Shown here: piece by piece, positions 1 to 14,405 of the stretch
Layout: every line of letters begins with the position of its first letter
How positions within the stretch are numbered: the first letter of the stretch is position 1
Source: Nemertoderma westbladi
Taxonomy: Eukaryota > Animalia > Xenacoelomorpha
Direction of reading: 5' to 3'
DNA length: 64,000 bases
NCBI GenBank assembly: GCA_032718475.1
Contig: JAUCBJ010004934.1
Location: 76,535-140,534 of the forward strand
Position numbers and translations under genes: made by a program
The notes under the pieces: model-generated
What the model was told of the DNA's origin: nothing
Seen by the model: the letters and a program-made list of their open reading frames with translations, nothing else
Databases searched by the model: none

Positions 1-3000
1 GTCTAGAACTTTCATTATATTTGCTACTAAAAATTACTGAGAGCGAGAATAACATTATATTTGCTACTAAAAATAAAGTAACTATATCAACACAGTTTGG
101 GTACAGTCTAGAACTTTCATTATATTTGCTACTAAAAATTACCGAGAGCGAGAATAACATTATATTTGCTACTAAAAATAAAGTAACTATATCAACACAG
201 TTTGGGTACAGTCTAGAACTTTCATTATATTTGCTACTAAAAATAAAGTAACTATATCAACACAGTTTGGGTACAGTCTAGAACTTTCATTATATTTGCT
301 ACTAAAAATAAAGTAACTATATCAACACAGTTTGGGTACAGTCTAGAACTTTCATTATATTTGCTACTAAAAATAAAGTAACTATATCAACACAGTTTGG
401 GTACAGTCTAGAACTTTCATTATATTTGCTACTAAAAATTACCGAGAGCGAGAATAACATTATATTTGCTACTAAAAATAAAGTAACTATATCAACATAG
501 TTTGGGTACAGTCTAGAACTTTCATTATATTTGCTACTAAAAATAAAGTAACTATATCAACATAGTTTGGGTACAGTCTAGAACTTTCATTATATTTGCT
601 ACTAAAAATTACTGAGAGCGAGAATAACATTATATTTGCTACTAAAAATAAAGTAACTATATCAACACAGTTTGGGTACAGTCTAGAACTTTCATTATAT
701 TTGCTGTTAAAAATAAAGTAACTATATCAACATAGTTTGGGTACAGTCTATAACTTTCATTATATTTGCTACTAAAAATAAAGTAACTATATCAACATAG
801 TTTGGGTACAGTCTATAACTTTCATTATATTTGCTACTAAAAATAAAGTAACTATATCAACACAGTTTGGGTACAGTCTAGAACTTTCATTATATTTGCT
901 ACTAAAAATTACTGAGAGCGAGAATAACATTATATTTGCTACTAAAAATAAAGTAACTATATCAACATAGTTTGGGTACAGTCTAGAACTTTCATTATAT
1001 TTGCTACTAAAAATAAAGTAACTATATCAACACAGTTTGGGTACAGTCTAGAACTTTCATTATATTTGCTACTAAAAATTACTGAGAGCGAGAATAACAT
1101 TATATTTGCTACTAAAAATAAAGTAACTATATCAACACAGTTTGGGTACAGTCTAGAACTTTCATTATATTTGCTACTAAAAATTACCGAGAGCGAGAAT
1201 AACATTATATTTGCTACTAAAAATAAAGTAACTATATCAACATAGTTTGGGTACAGTCTAGAACTTTCATTATATTTGCTACTAAAAATAAAGTAACTAT
1301 ATCAACATAGTTTGGGTACAGTCTAGAACTTTCATTATATTTGCTACTAAAAATAAAGTAACTATATCAACATAGTTTGGGTACAGTCTAGAACTTTCAT
1401 TATATTTGCTACTAAAAATAAAGTAACTATATCAACACAGTTTGGGTACAGTCTAGAACTTTCATTATATTTGCTACTAAAAATAAAGTAACTATATCAA
1501 CACAGTTTGGGTACAGTCTAGAACTTTCATTATATTTGCTACTAAAAATAAAGTAACTATATCAACACAGTTTGGGTACAGTCTAGAACTTTCATTATAT
1601 TTGCTACTAAAAATTACCGAGAGCGAGAATAACATTATATTTGCTACTAAAAATAAAGTAACTATATCAACATAGTTTGGGTACAGTCTAGAACTTTCAT
1701 TATATTTGCTACTAAAAATAAAGTAACTATATCAACACAGTTTGGGTACAGTCTAGAACTTTCATTATATTTGCTACTAAAAATTACTGAGAGCGAGAAT
1801 AACATTATATTTGCTACTAAAAATAAAGTAACTATATCAACACAGTTTGGGTACAGTCTAGAACTTTCATTATATTTGCTACTAAAAATTACTGAGAGCG
1901 AGAATAACATTATATTTGCTACTAAAAATAAAGTAACTATATCAACACAGTTTGGGTACAGTCTAGAACTTTCATTATATTTGCTACTAAAAATTACCGA
2001 GAGCGAGAATAACATTATATTTGCTACTAAAAATAAAGTAACTATATCAACATAGTTTGGGTACAGTCTAGAACTTTCATTATATTTGCTACTAAAAATT
2101 ACTGAGAGCGAGAATAACATTATATTTGCTACTAAAAATAAAGTAACTATATCAACACAGTTTGGGTACAGTCTAGAACTTTCATTATATTTGCTACTAA
2201 AAATTACTGAGAGCGAGAATAACATTATATTTGCTACTAAAAATAAAGTAACTATATCAACATAGTTTGGGTACAGTCTAGAACTTTCATTATATTTGCT
2301 ACTAAAAATAAAGTAACTATATCAACACAGTTTGGGTACAGTCTAGAACTTTCATTATATTTGCTACTAAAAATTACCGAGAGCGAGAATAACATTATAT
2401 TTGCTACTAAAAATAAAGTAACTATATCAACATAGTTTGGGTACAGTCTAGAACTTTCATTATATTTGCTACTAAAAATAAAGTAACTATATCAACACAG
2501 TTTGGGTACAGTCTAGAACTTTCATTATATTTGCTACTAAAAATTACTGAGAGCGAGAATAACATTATATTTGCTACTAAAAATAAAGTAACTATATCAA
2601 CACAGTTTGGGTACAGTCTAGAACTTTCATTATATTTGCTGTTAAAAATAAAGTAACTATATCAACACAGTTTGGGTACAGTCTAGAACTTTCATTATAT
2701 TTGCTACTAAAAATAAAGTAACTATATCAACACAGTTTGGGTACAGTCTAGAACTTTCATTATATTTGCTACTAAAAATTACTGAGAGCGAGAATAACAT
2801 TATATTTGCTACTAAAAATAAAGTAACTATATCAACATAGTTTGGGTACAGTCTAGAACTTTCATTATATTTGCTACTAAAAATAAAGTAACTATATCAA
2901 CACAGTTTGGGTACAGTCTAGAACTTTCATTATATTTGCTACTAAAAATTACCGAGAGCGAGAATAACATTATATTTGCTACTAAAAATAAAGTAACTAT

Positions 3001-4062
3001 ATCAACATAGTTTGGGTACAGTCTAGAACTTTCATTATATTTGCTACTAAAAATAAAGTAACTATATCAACACAGTTTGGGTACAGTCTAGAACTTTCAT
3101 TATATTTGCTACTAAAAATAAAGTAACTATATCAACACAGTTTGGGTACAGTCTAGAACTTTCATTATATTTGCTACTAAAAATTACTGAGAGCGAGAAT
3201 AACATTATATTTGCTACTAAAAATAAAGTAACTATATCAACATAGTTTGGGTACAGTCTAGAACTTTCATTATATTTGCTACTAAAAATAAAGTAACTAT
3301 ATCAACACAGTTTGGGTACAGTCTAGAACTTTCATTATATTTGCTACTAAAAATTACCGAGAGCGAGAATAACATTATATTTGCTACTAAAAATAAAGTA
3401 ACTATATCAACACAGTTTGGGTACAGTCTAGAACTTTCATTATATTTGCTGTTAAAAATAAAGTAACTATATCAACACAGTTTGGGTACAGTCTAGAACT
3501 TTCATTATATTTGCTACTAAAAATAAAGTAACTATATCAACACAGTTTGGGTACAGTCTAGAACTTTCATTATATTTGCTACTAAAAATTACTGAGAGCG
3601 AGAATAACATTATATTTGCTACTAAAAATAAAGTAACTATATCAACACAGTTTGGGTACAGTCTAGAACTTTCATTATATTTGCTGTTAAAAATAAAGTA
3701 ACTATATCAACACAGTTTGGGTACAGTCTAGAACTTTCATTATATTTGCTACTAAAAATAAAGTAACTATATCAACATAGTTTGGGTACAGTCTAGAACT
3801 TTCATTATATTTGCTACTAAAAATAAAGTAACTATATCAACACAGTTTGGGTACAGTCTAGAACTTTCATTATATTTGCTGTTAAAAATAAAGTAACTAT
3901 ATCAACACAGTTTGGGTACAGTCTAGAACTTTCATTATATTTGCTGTTAAAAATAAAGTAACTATATCAACACAGTTTGGGTACAGTCTAGAACTTTCAT
4001 TATATTTGCTACTAAAAATAAAGTAACTATATCAACATAGTTTGGGTACAGTCTAGAACTTT

Positions 4063-5322
4063 CATTATATTTGCTACTAAAAATTACTGAGAGCGAGAAT
4101 AACATTATATTTGCTACTAAAAATAAAGTAACTATATCAACATAGTTTGGGTACAGTCTAGAACTTTCATTATATTTGCTACTAAAAATTACTGAGAGCG
4201 AGAATAACATTATATTTGCTACTAAAAATAAAGTAACTATATCAACACAGTTTGGGTACAGTCTAGAACTTTCATTATATTTGCTACTAAAAATAACCGA
4301 GAGCGAGAATAACATTATATTTGCTACTAAAAATAAAGTAACTATATCAACACAGTTTGGGTACAGTCTAGAACTTTCATTATATTTGCTACTAAAAATT
4401 ACTGAGAGCGAGAATAACATTATATTTGCTACTAAAAATAAAGTAACTATATCAACACAGTTTGGGTACAGTCTAGAACTTTCATTATATTTGCTACTAA
4501 AAATTACTGAGAGCGAGAATAACATTATATTTGCTACTAAAAATAAAGTAACTATATCAACACAGTTTGGGTACAGTCTAGAACTTTCATTATATTTGCT
4601 ACTAAAAATTACTGAGAGCGAGAATAACATTATATTTGCTACTAAAAATAAAGTAACTATATCAACACAGTTTGGGTACAGTCTAGAACTTTCATTATAT
4701 TTGCTACTAAAAATTACTGAGAGCGAGAATAACATTATATTTGCTACTAAAAATAAAGTAACTATATCAACACAGTTTGGGTACAGTCTAGAACTTTCAT
4801 TATATTTGCTACTAAAAATTACTGAGAGCGAGAATAACATTATATTTGCTACTAAAAATAAAGTAACTATATCAACACAGTTTGGGTACAGTCTAGAACT
4901 TTCATTATATTTGCTACTAAAAATTACTGAGAGCGAGAATAACATTATATTTGCTACTAAAAATAAAGTAACTATATCAACACAGTTTGGGTACAGTCTA
5001 GAACTTTCATTATATTTGCTACTAAAAATTACTGAGAGCGAGAATAACATTATATTTGCTACTAAAAATAAAGTAACTATATCAACACAGTTTGGGTACA
5101 GTCTAGAACTTTCATTATATTTGCTACTAAAAATTACTGAGAGCGAGAATAACATTATATTTGCTACTAAAAATAAAGTAACTATATCAACACAGTTTGG
5201 GTACAGTCTAGAACTTTCATTATATTTGCTACTAAAAATTACTGAGAGCGAGAATAACATTATATTTGCTACTAAAAATAAAGTAACTATATCAACACAG
5301 TTTGGGTACAGTCTAGAACTTT
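4063..5322. repeat. Longest (AB)n block: about 12 copies of a 105-bp dimer
   Basis: B tails recur every 105 bp. This produces the spurious 35-aa-repeat ORFs 3962..5260(-) and 4176..5351(+). Confidence 0.9.
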
Positions 5323-8300
5323 CATTATATTTGCTACTAAAAATAAAGTAACTATATCAACATAGTTTGGGTACAGTCTAGAACTTTCATTATATTTGCT
5401 ACTAAAAATAAAGTAACTATATCAACATAGTTTGGGTACAGTCTAGAACTTTCATTATATTTGCTACTAAAAATAAAGTAACTATATCAACACAGTTTGG
5501 GTACAGTCTAGAACTTTCATTATATTTGCTACTAAAAATTACTGAGAGCGAGAATAACATTATATTTGCTACTAAAAATAAAGTAACTATATCAACACAG
5601 TTTGGGTACAGTCTAGAACTTTCATTATATTTGCTACTAAAAATAAAGTAACTATATCAACATAGTTTGGGTACAGTCTAGAACTTTCATTATATTTGCT
5701 ACTAAAAATAAAGTAACTATATCAACACAGTTTGGGTACAGTCTAGAACTTTCATTATATTTGCTACTAAAAATAAAGTAACTATATCAACACAGTTTGG
5801 GTACAGTCTAGAACTTTCATTATATTTGCTACTAAAAATAACCGAGAGCGAGAATAACATTATATTTGCTACTAAAAATAAAGTAACTATATCAACACAG
5901 TTTGGGTACAGTCTAGAACTTTCATTATATTTGCTACTAAAAATTACCGAGAGCGAGAATAACATTATATTTGCTACTAAAAATAAAGTAACTATATCAA
6001 CATAGTTTGGGTACAGTCTAGAACTTTCATTATATTTGCTACTAAAAATAACCGAGAGCGAGAATAACATTATATTTGCTACTAAAAATAAAGTAACTAT
6101 ATCAACATAGTTTGGGTACAGTCTAGAACTTTCATTATATTTGCTACTAAAAATAAAGTAACTATATCAACACAGTTTGGGTACAGTCTAGAACTTTCAT
6201 TATATTTGCTACTAAAAATAAAGTAACTATATCAACATAGTTTGGGTACAGTCTAGAACTTTCATTATATTTGCTGTTAAAAATAAAGTAACTATATCAA
6301 CACAGTTTGGGTACAGTCTAGAACTTTCATTATATTTGCTGTTAAAAATAAAGTAACTATATCAACATAGTTTGGGTACAGTCTAGAACTTTCATTATAT
6401 TTGCTGTTAAAAATAAAGTAACTATATCAACATAGTTTGGGTACAGTCTAGAACTTTCATTATATTTGCTGTTAAAAATAAAGTAACTATATCAACACAG
6501 TTTGGGTACAGTCTAGAACTTTCATTATATTTGCTGTTAAAAATAAAGTAACTATATCAACATAGTTTGGGTACAGTCTAGAACTTTCATTATATTTGCT
6601 ACTAAAAATAAAGTAACTATATCAACATAGTTTGGGTACAGTCTAGAACTTTCATTATATTTGCTGTTAAAAATAAAGTAACTATATCAACACAGTTTGG
6701 GTACAGTCTAGAACTTTCATTATATTTGCTGTTAAAAATAAAGTAACTATATCAACATAGTTTGGGTACAGTCTAGAACTTTCATTATATTTGCTACTAA
6801 AAATAAAGTAACTATATCAACATAGTTTGGGTACAGTCTAGAACTTTCATTATATTTGCTGTTAAAAATAAAGTAACTATATCAACACAGTTTGGGTACA
6901 GTCTAGAACTTTCATTATATTTGCTGTTAAAAATAAAGTAACTATATCAACACAGTTTGGGTACAGTCTAGAACTTTCATTATATTTGCTACTAAAAATT
7001 ACTGAGAGCGAGAATAACATTATATTTGCTACTAAAAATAAAGTAACTATATCAACACAGTTTGGGTACAGTCTAGAACTTTCATTATATTTGCTACTAA
7101 AAATAAAGTAACTATATCAACACAGTTTGGGTACAGTCTAGAACTTTCATTATATTTGCTACTAAAAATAAAGTAACTATATCAACATAGTTTGGGTACA
7201 GTCTAGAACTTTCATTATATTTGCTGTTAAAAATAAAGTAACTATATCAACACAGTTTGGGTACAGTCTAGAACTTTCATTATATTTGCTACTAAAAATA
7301 AAGTAACTATATCAACATAGTTTGGGTACAGTCTAGAACTTTCATTATATTTGCTGTTAAAAATAAAGTAACTATATCAACACAGTTTGGGTACAGTCTA
7401 GAACTTTCATTATATTTGCTACTAAAAATAAAGTAACTATATCAACATAGTTTGGGTACAGTCTAGAACTTTCATTATATTTGCTACTAAAAATAAAGTA
7501 ACTATATCAACACAGTTTGGGTACAGTCTAGAACTTTCATTATATTTGCTACTAAAAATAAAGTAACTATATCAACATAGTTTGGGTACAGTCTAGAACT
7601 TTCATTATATTTGCTGTTAAAAATAAAGTAACTATATCAACACAGTTTGGGTACAGTCTAGAACTTTCATTATATTTGCTACTAAAAATAAAGTAACTAT
7701 ATCAACATAGTTTGGGTACAGTCTAGAACTTTCATTATATTTGCTACTAAAAATTACTGAGAGCGAGAATAACATTATATTTGCTACTAAAAATAAAGTA
7801 ACTATATCAACATAGTTTGGGTACAGTCTAGAACTTTCATTATATTTGCTACTAAAAATTACTGAGAGCGAGAATAACATTATATTTGCTACTAAAAATA
7901 AAGTAACTATATCAACACAGTTTGGGTACAGTCTAGAACTTTCATTATATTTGCTACTAAAAATAAAGTAACTATATCAACATAGTTTGGGTACAGTCTA
8001 GAACTTTCATTATATTTGCTACTAAAAATTACTGAGAGCGAGAATAACATTATATTTGCTACTAAAAATAAAGTAACTATATCAACACAGTTTGGGTACA
8101 GTCTAGAACTTTCATTATATTTGCTACTAAAAATAAAGTAACTATATCAACATAGTTTGGGTACAGTCTAGAACTTTCATTATATTTGCTGTTAAAAATA
8201 AAGTAACTATATCAACACAGTTTGGGTACAGTCTAGAACTTTCATTATATTTGCTGTTAAAAATAAAGTAACTATATCAACATAGTTTGGGTACAGTCTA

Positions 8301-11300
8301 GAACTTTCATTATATTTGCTACTAAAAATAAAGTAACTATATCAACATAGTTTGGGTACAGTCTAGAACTTTCATTATATTTGCTACTAAAAATAAAGTA
8401 ACTATATCAACACAGTTTGGGTACAGTCTAGAACTTTCATTATATTTGCTACTAAAAATAAAGTAACTATATCAACACAGTTTGGGTACAGTCTAGAACT
8501 TTCATTATATTTGCTACTAAAAATAAAGTAACTATATCAACATAGTTTGGGTACAGTCTAGAACTTTCATTATATTTGCTACTAAAAATAAAGTAACTAT
8601 ATCAACATAGTTTGGGTACAGTCTAGAACTTTCATTATATTTGCTACTAAAAATTACTGAGAGCGAGAATAACATTATATTTGCTACTAAAAATAAAGTA
8701 ACTATATCAACATAGTTTGGGTACAGTCTAGAACTTTCATTATATTTGCTACTAAAAATTACTGAGAGCGAGAATAACATTATATTTGCTACTAAAAATA
8801 AAGTAACTATATCAACATAGTTTGGGTACAGTCTAGAACTTTCATTATATTTGCTACTAAAAATAAAGTAACTATATCAACATAGTTTGGGTACAGTCTA
8901 GAACTTTCATTATATTTGCTACTAAAAATAAAGTAACTATATCAACATAGTTTGGGTACAGTCTAGAACTTTCATTATATTTGCTACTAAAAATTACTGA
9001 GAGCGAGAATAACATTATATTTGCTACTAAAAATAAAGTAACTATATCAACATAGTTTGGGTACAGTCTAGAACTTTCATTATATTTGCTACTAAAAATT
9101 ACTGAGAGCGAGAATAACATTATATTTGCTACTAAAAATAAAGTAACTATATCAACATAGTTTGGGTACAGTCTAGAACTTTCATTATATTAGCTACTAA
9201 AAATAAAGTAACTATATCAACACAGTTTGGGTACAGTCTAGAACTTTCATTATATTTGCTACTAAAAATAAAGTAACTATATCAACATAGTTTGGGTACA
9301 GTCTAGAACTTTCATTATATTAGCTACTAAAAATAAAGTAACTATATCAACATAGTTTGGTTACAGTCTAGAACTTTCATTATATTTGCTACTAAAAATA
9401 AAGTAACTATATCAACACAGTTTGGGTACAGTCTAGAACTTTCATTATATTAGCTACTAAAAATAAAGTAACTATATCAACACAGTTTGGGTACAGTCTA
9501 GAACTTTCATTATATTTGCTACTAAAAATTACTGAGAGCGAGAATAACATTATATTAGCTACTAAAAATAAAGTAACTATATCAACACAGTTTGGGTACA
9601 GTCTAGAACTTTCATTATATTTGCTACTAAAAATTACTGAGAGCGAGAATAACATTATATTAGCTACTAAAAATAAAGTAACTATATCAACACAGTTTGG
9701 GTACAGTCTAGAACTTTCATTATATTAGCTACTAAAAATAAAGTAACTATATCAACACAGTTTGGGTACAGTCTAGAACTTTCATTATATTTGCTACTAA
9801 AAATAAAGTAACTATATCAACACAGTTTGGTTACAGTCTAGAACTTTCATTATATTTGCTACTAAAAATAAAGTAACTATATCAACACAGTTTGGGTACA
9901 GTCTAGAACTTTCATTATATTTGCTACTAAAAATAAAGTAACTATATCAACACAGTTTGGTTACAGTCTAGAACTTTCATTATATTTGCTACTAAAAATA
10001 AAGTAACTATATCAACACAGTTTGGGTACAGTCTAGAACTTTCATTATATTTGCTACTAAAAATAAAGTAACTATATCAACACAGTTTGGGTACAGTCTA
10101 GAACTTTCATTATATTTGCTACTAAAAATAAAGTAACTATATCAACACAGTTTGGTTACAGTCTAGAACTTTCATTATATTTGCTACTAAAAATAAAGTA
10201 ACTATATCAACACAGTTTGGGTACAGTCTAGAACTTTCATTATATTAGCTACTAAAAATAAAGTAACTATATCAACACAGTTTGGGTACAGTCTAGAACT
10301 TTCATTATATTTGCTACTAAAAATTACTGAGAGCGAGAATAACATTATATTTGCTACTAAAAATAAAGTAACTATATCAACATAGTTTGGGTACAGTCTA
10401 GAACTTTCATTATATTTGCTACTAAAAATAAAGTAACTATATCAACACAGTTTGGGTACAGTCTAGAACTTTCATTATATTTGCTACTAAAAATTACTGA
10501 GAGCGAGAATAACATTATATTTGCTACTAAAAATAAAGTAACTATATCAACATAGTTTGGGTACAGTCTAGAACTTTCATTATATTTGCTATTAAAAATA
10601 AAGTAACTATATCAACACAGTTTGGGTACAGTCTAGAACTTTCATTATATTTGCTACTAAAAATAAAGTAACTATATCAACATAGTTTGGGTACAGTCTA
10701 GAACTTTCATTATATTTGCTACTAAAAATAAAGTAACTATATCAACATAGTTTGGGTACAGTCTAGAACTTTCATTATATTTGCTACTAAAAATAAAGTA
10801 ACTATATCAACACAGTTTGGGTACAGTCTAGAACTTTCATTATATTTGCTACTAAAAATAAAGTAACTATATCAACACAGTTTGGGTACAGTCTAGAACT
10901 TTCATTATATTTGCTACTAAAAATAAAGTAACTATATCAACACAGTTTGGGTACAGTCTAGAACTTTCATTATATTTGCTACTAAAAATAAAGTAACTAT
11001 ATCAACATAGTTTGGGTACAGTCTAGAACTTTCATTATATTTGCTACTAAAAATTACTGAGAGCGAGAATAACATTATATTTGCTACTAAAAATAAAGTA
11101 ACTATATCAACACAGTTTGGGTACAGTCTAGAACTTTCATTATATTTGCTACTAAAAATAAAGTAACTATATCAACACAGTTTGGGTACAGTCTAGAACT
11201 TTCATTATATTTGCTACTAAAAATAAAGTAACTATATCAACATAGTTTGGGTACAGTCTAGAACTTTCATTATATTTGCTACTAAAAATAAAGTAACTAT

Positions 11301-12979
11301 ATCAACATAGTTTGGGTACAGTCTAGAACTTTCATTATATTTGCTACTAAAAATAAAGTAACTATATCAACATAGTTTGGGTACAGTCTAGAACTTTCAT
11401 TATATTTGCTACTAAAAATAAAGTAACTATATCAACACAGTTTGGGTACAGTCTAGAACTTTCATTATATTTGCTACTAAAAATAAAGTAACTATATCAA
11501 CACAGTTTGGGTACAGTCTAGAACTTTCATTATATTTGCTACTAAAAATAAAGTAACTATATCAACACAGTTTGGGTACAGTCTAGAACTTTCATTATAT
11601 TTGCTACTAAAAATAAAGTAACTATATCAACATAGTTTGGGTACAGTCTAGAACTTTCATTATATTTGCTACTAAAAATTACTGAGAGCGAGAATAACAT
11701 TATATTTGCTACTAAAAATAAAGTAACTATATCAACACAGTTTGGGTACAGTCTAGAACTTTCATTATATTTGCTACTAAAAATAAAGTAACTATATCAA
11801 CACAGTTTGGGTACAGTCTAGAACTTTCATTATATTTGCTACTAAAAATAAAGTAACTATATCAACATAGTTTGGGTACAGTCTAGAACTTTCATTATAT
11901 TTGCTACTAAAAATAAAGTAACTATATCAACATAGTTTGGGTACAGTCTAGAACTTTCATTATATTTGCTACTAAAAATAAAGTAACTATATCAACATAG
12001 TTTGGGTACAGTCTAGAACTTTCATTATATTTGCTACTAAAAATTACTGAGAGCGAGAATAACATTATATTTGCTACTAAAAATAAAGTAACTATATCAA
12101 CATAGTTTGGGTACAGTCTAGAACTTTCATTATATTTGCTACTAAAAATTACTGAGAGCGAGAATAACATTATATTTGCTACTAAAAATAAAGTAACTAT
12201 ATCAACACAGTTTGGGTACAGTCTAGAACTTTCATTATATTTGCTACTAAAAATTACTGAGAGCGAGAATAACATTATATTTGCTACTAAAAATAAAGTA
12301 ACTATATCAACACAGTTTGGGTACAGTCTAGAACTTTCATTATATTTGCTACTAAAAATTACTGAGAGCGAGAATAACATTATATTTGCTACTAAAAATA
12401 AAGTAACTATATCAACACAGTTTGGGTACAGTCTAGAACTTTCATTATATTTGCTACTAAAAATAAAGTAACTATATCAACACAGTTTGGGTACAGTCTA
12501 GAACTTTCATTATATTTGCTACTAAAAATAAAGTAACTATATCAACATAGTTTGGGTACAGTCTAGAACTTTCATTATATTTGCTACTAAAAATTACCGA
12601 GAGCGAGAATAACATTATATTTGCTACTAAAAATAAAGTAACTATATCAACATAGTTTGGGTACAGTCTAGAACTTTCATTATATTTGCTACTAAAAATA
12701 AAGTAACTATATCAACACAGTTTGGGTACAGTCTAGAACTTTCATTATATTTGCTACTAAAAATAAAGTAACTATATCAACACAGTTTGGGTACAGTCTA
12801 GAACTTTCATTATATTTGCTACTAAAAATAAAGTAACTATATCAACACAGTTTGGGTACAGTCTAGAACTTTCATTATATTTGCTACTAAAAATTACCGA
12901 GAGCGAGAATAACATTATATTTGCTACTAAAAATAAAGTAACTATATCAACATAGTTTGGGTACAGTCTAGAACTTTCA

Positions 12980-14405
12980 TTATATTTGCTACTAAAAATA
13001 AAGTAACTATATCAACACAGTTTGGGTACAGTCTAGAACTTTCATTATATTTGCTACTAAAAATAAAGTAACTATATCAACACAGTTTGGGTACAGTCTA
13101 GAACTTTCATTATATTTGCTACTAAAAATAAAGTAACTATATCAACACAGTTTGGGTACAGTCTAGAACTTTCATTATATTTGCTACTAAAAATAAAGTA
13201 ACTATATCAACACAGTTTGGGTACAGTCTAGAACTTTCATTATATTTGCTACTAAAAATAAAGTAACTATATCAACACAGTTTGGGTACAGTCTAGAACT
13301 TTCATTATATTTGCTACTAAAAATAAAGTAACTATATCAACACAGTTTGGGTACAGTCTAGAACTTTCATTATATTTGCTACTAAAAATAAAGTAACTAT
13401 ATCAACACAGTTTGGGTACAGTCTAGAACTTTCATTATATTTGCTACTAAAAATAAAGTAACTATATCAACACAGTTTGGGTACAGTCTAGAACTTTCAT
13501 TATATTTGCTACTAAAAATAAAGTAACTATATCAACACAGTTTGGGTACAGTCTAGAACTTTCATTATATTTGCTACTAAAAATAAAGTAACTATATCAA
13601 CACAGTTTGGGTACAGTCTAGAACTTTCATTATATTTGCTACTAAAAATAAAGTAACTATATCAACACAGTTTGGGTACAGTCTAGAACTTTCATTATAT
13701 TTGCTACTAAAAATAAAGTAACTATATCAACACAGTTTGGGTACAGTCTAGAACTTTCATTATATTTGCTACTAAAAATAAAGTAACTATATCAACACAG
13801 TTTGGGTACAGTCTAGAACTTTCATTATATTTGCTACTAAAAATAAAGTAACTATATCAACACAGTTTGGGTACAGTCTAGAACTTTCATTATATTTGCT
13901 ACTAAAAATAAAGTAACTATATCAACACAGTTTGGGTACAGTCTAGAACTTTCATTATATTTGCTACTAAAAATAAAGTAACTATATCAACACAGTTTGG
14001 GTACAGTCTAGAACTTTCATTATATTTGCTACTAAAAATAAAGTAACTATATCAACACAGTTTGGGTACAGTCTAGAACTTTCATTATATTTGCTACTAA
14101 AAATAAAGTAACTATATCAACACAGTTTGGGTACAGTCTAGAACTTTCATTATATTTGCTACTAAAAATAAAGTAACTATATCAACACAGTTTGGGTACA
14201 GTCTAGAACTTTCATTATATTTGCTACTAAAAATAAAGTAACTATATCAACACAGTTTGGGTACAGTCTAGAACTTTCATTATATTTGCTACTAAAAATA
14301 AAGTAACTATATCAACACAGTTTGGGTACAGTCTAGAACTTTCATTATATTTGCTACTAAAAATAAAGTAACTATATCAACACAGTTTGGGTACAGTCTA
14401 GAACT
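12980..14405. repeat. Homogeneous run of about 22 identical A monomers (CACAG allele, no B)
   Basis: No B unit, T allele or other variant seen between ~12,980 and ~14,400. Confidence 0.85.
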
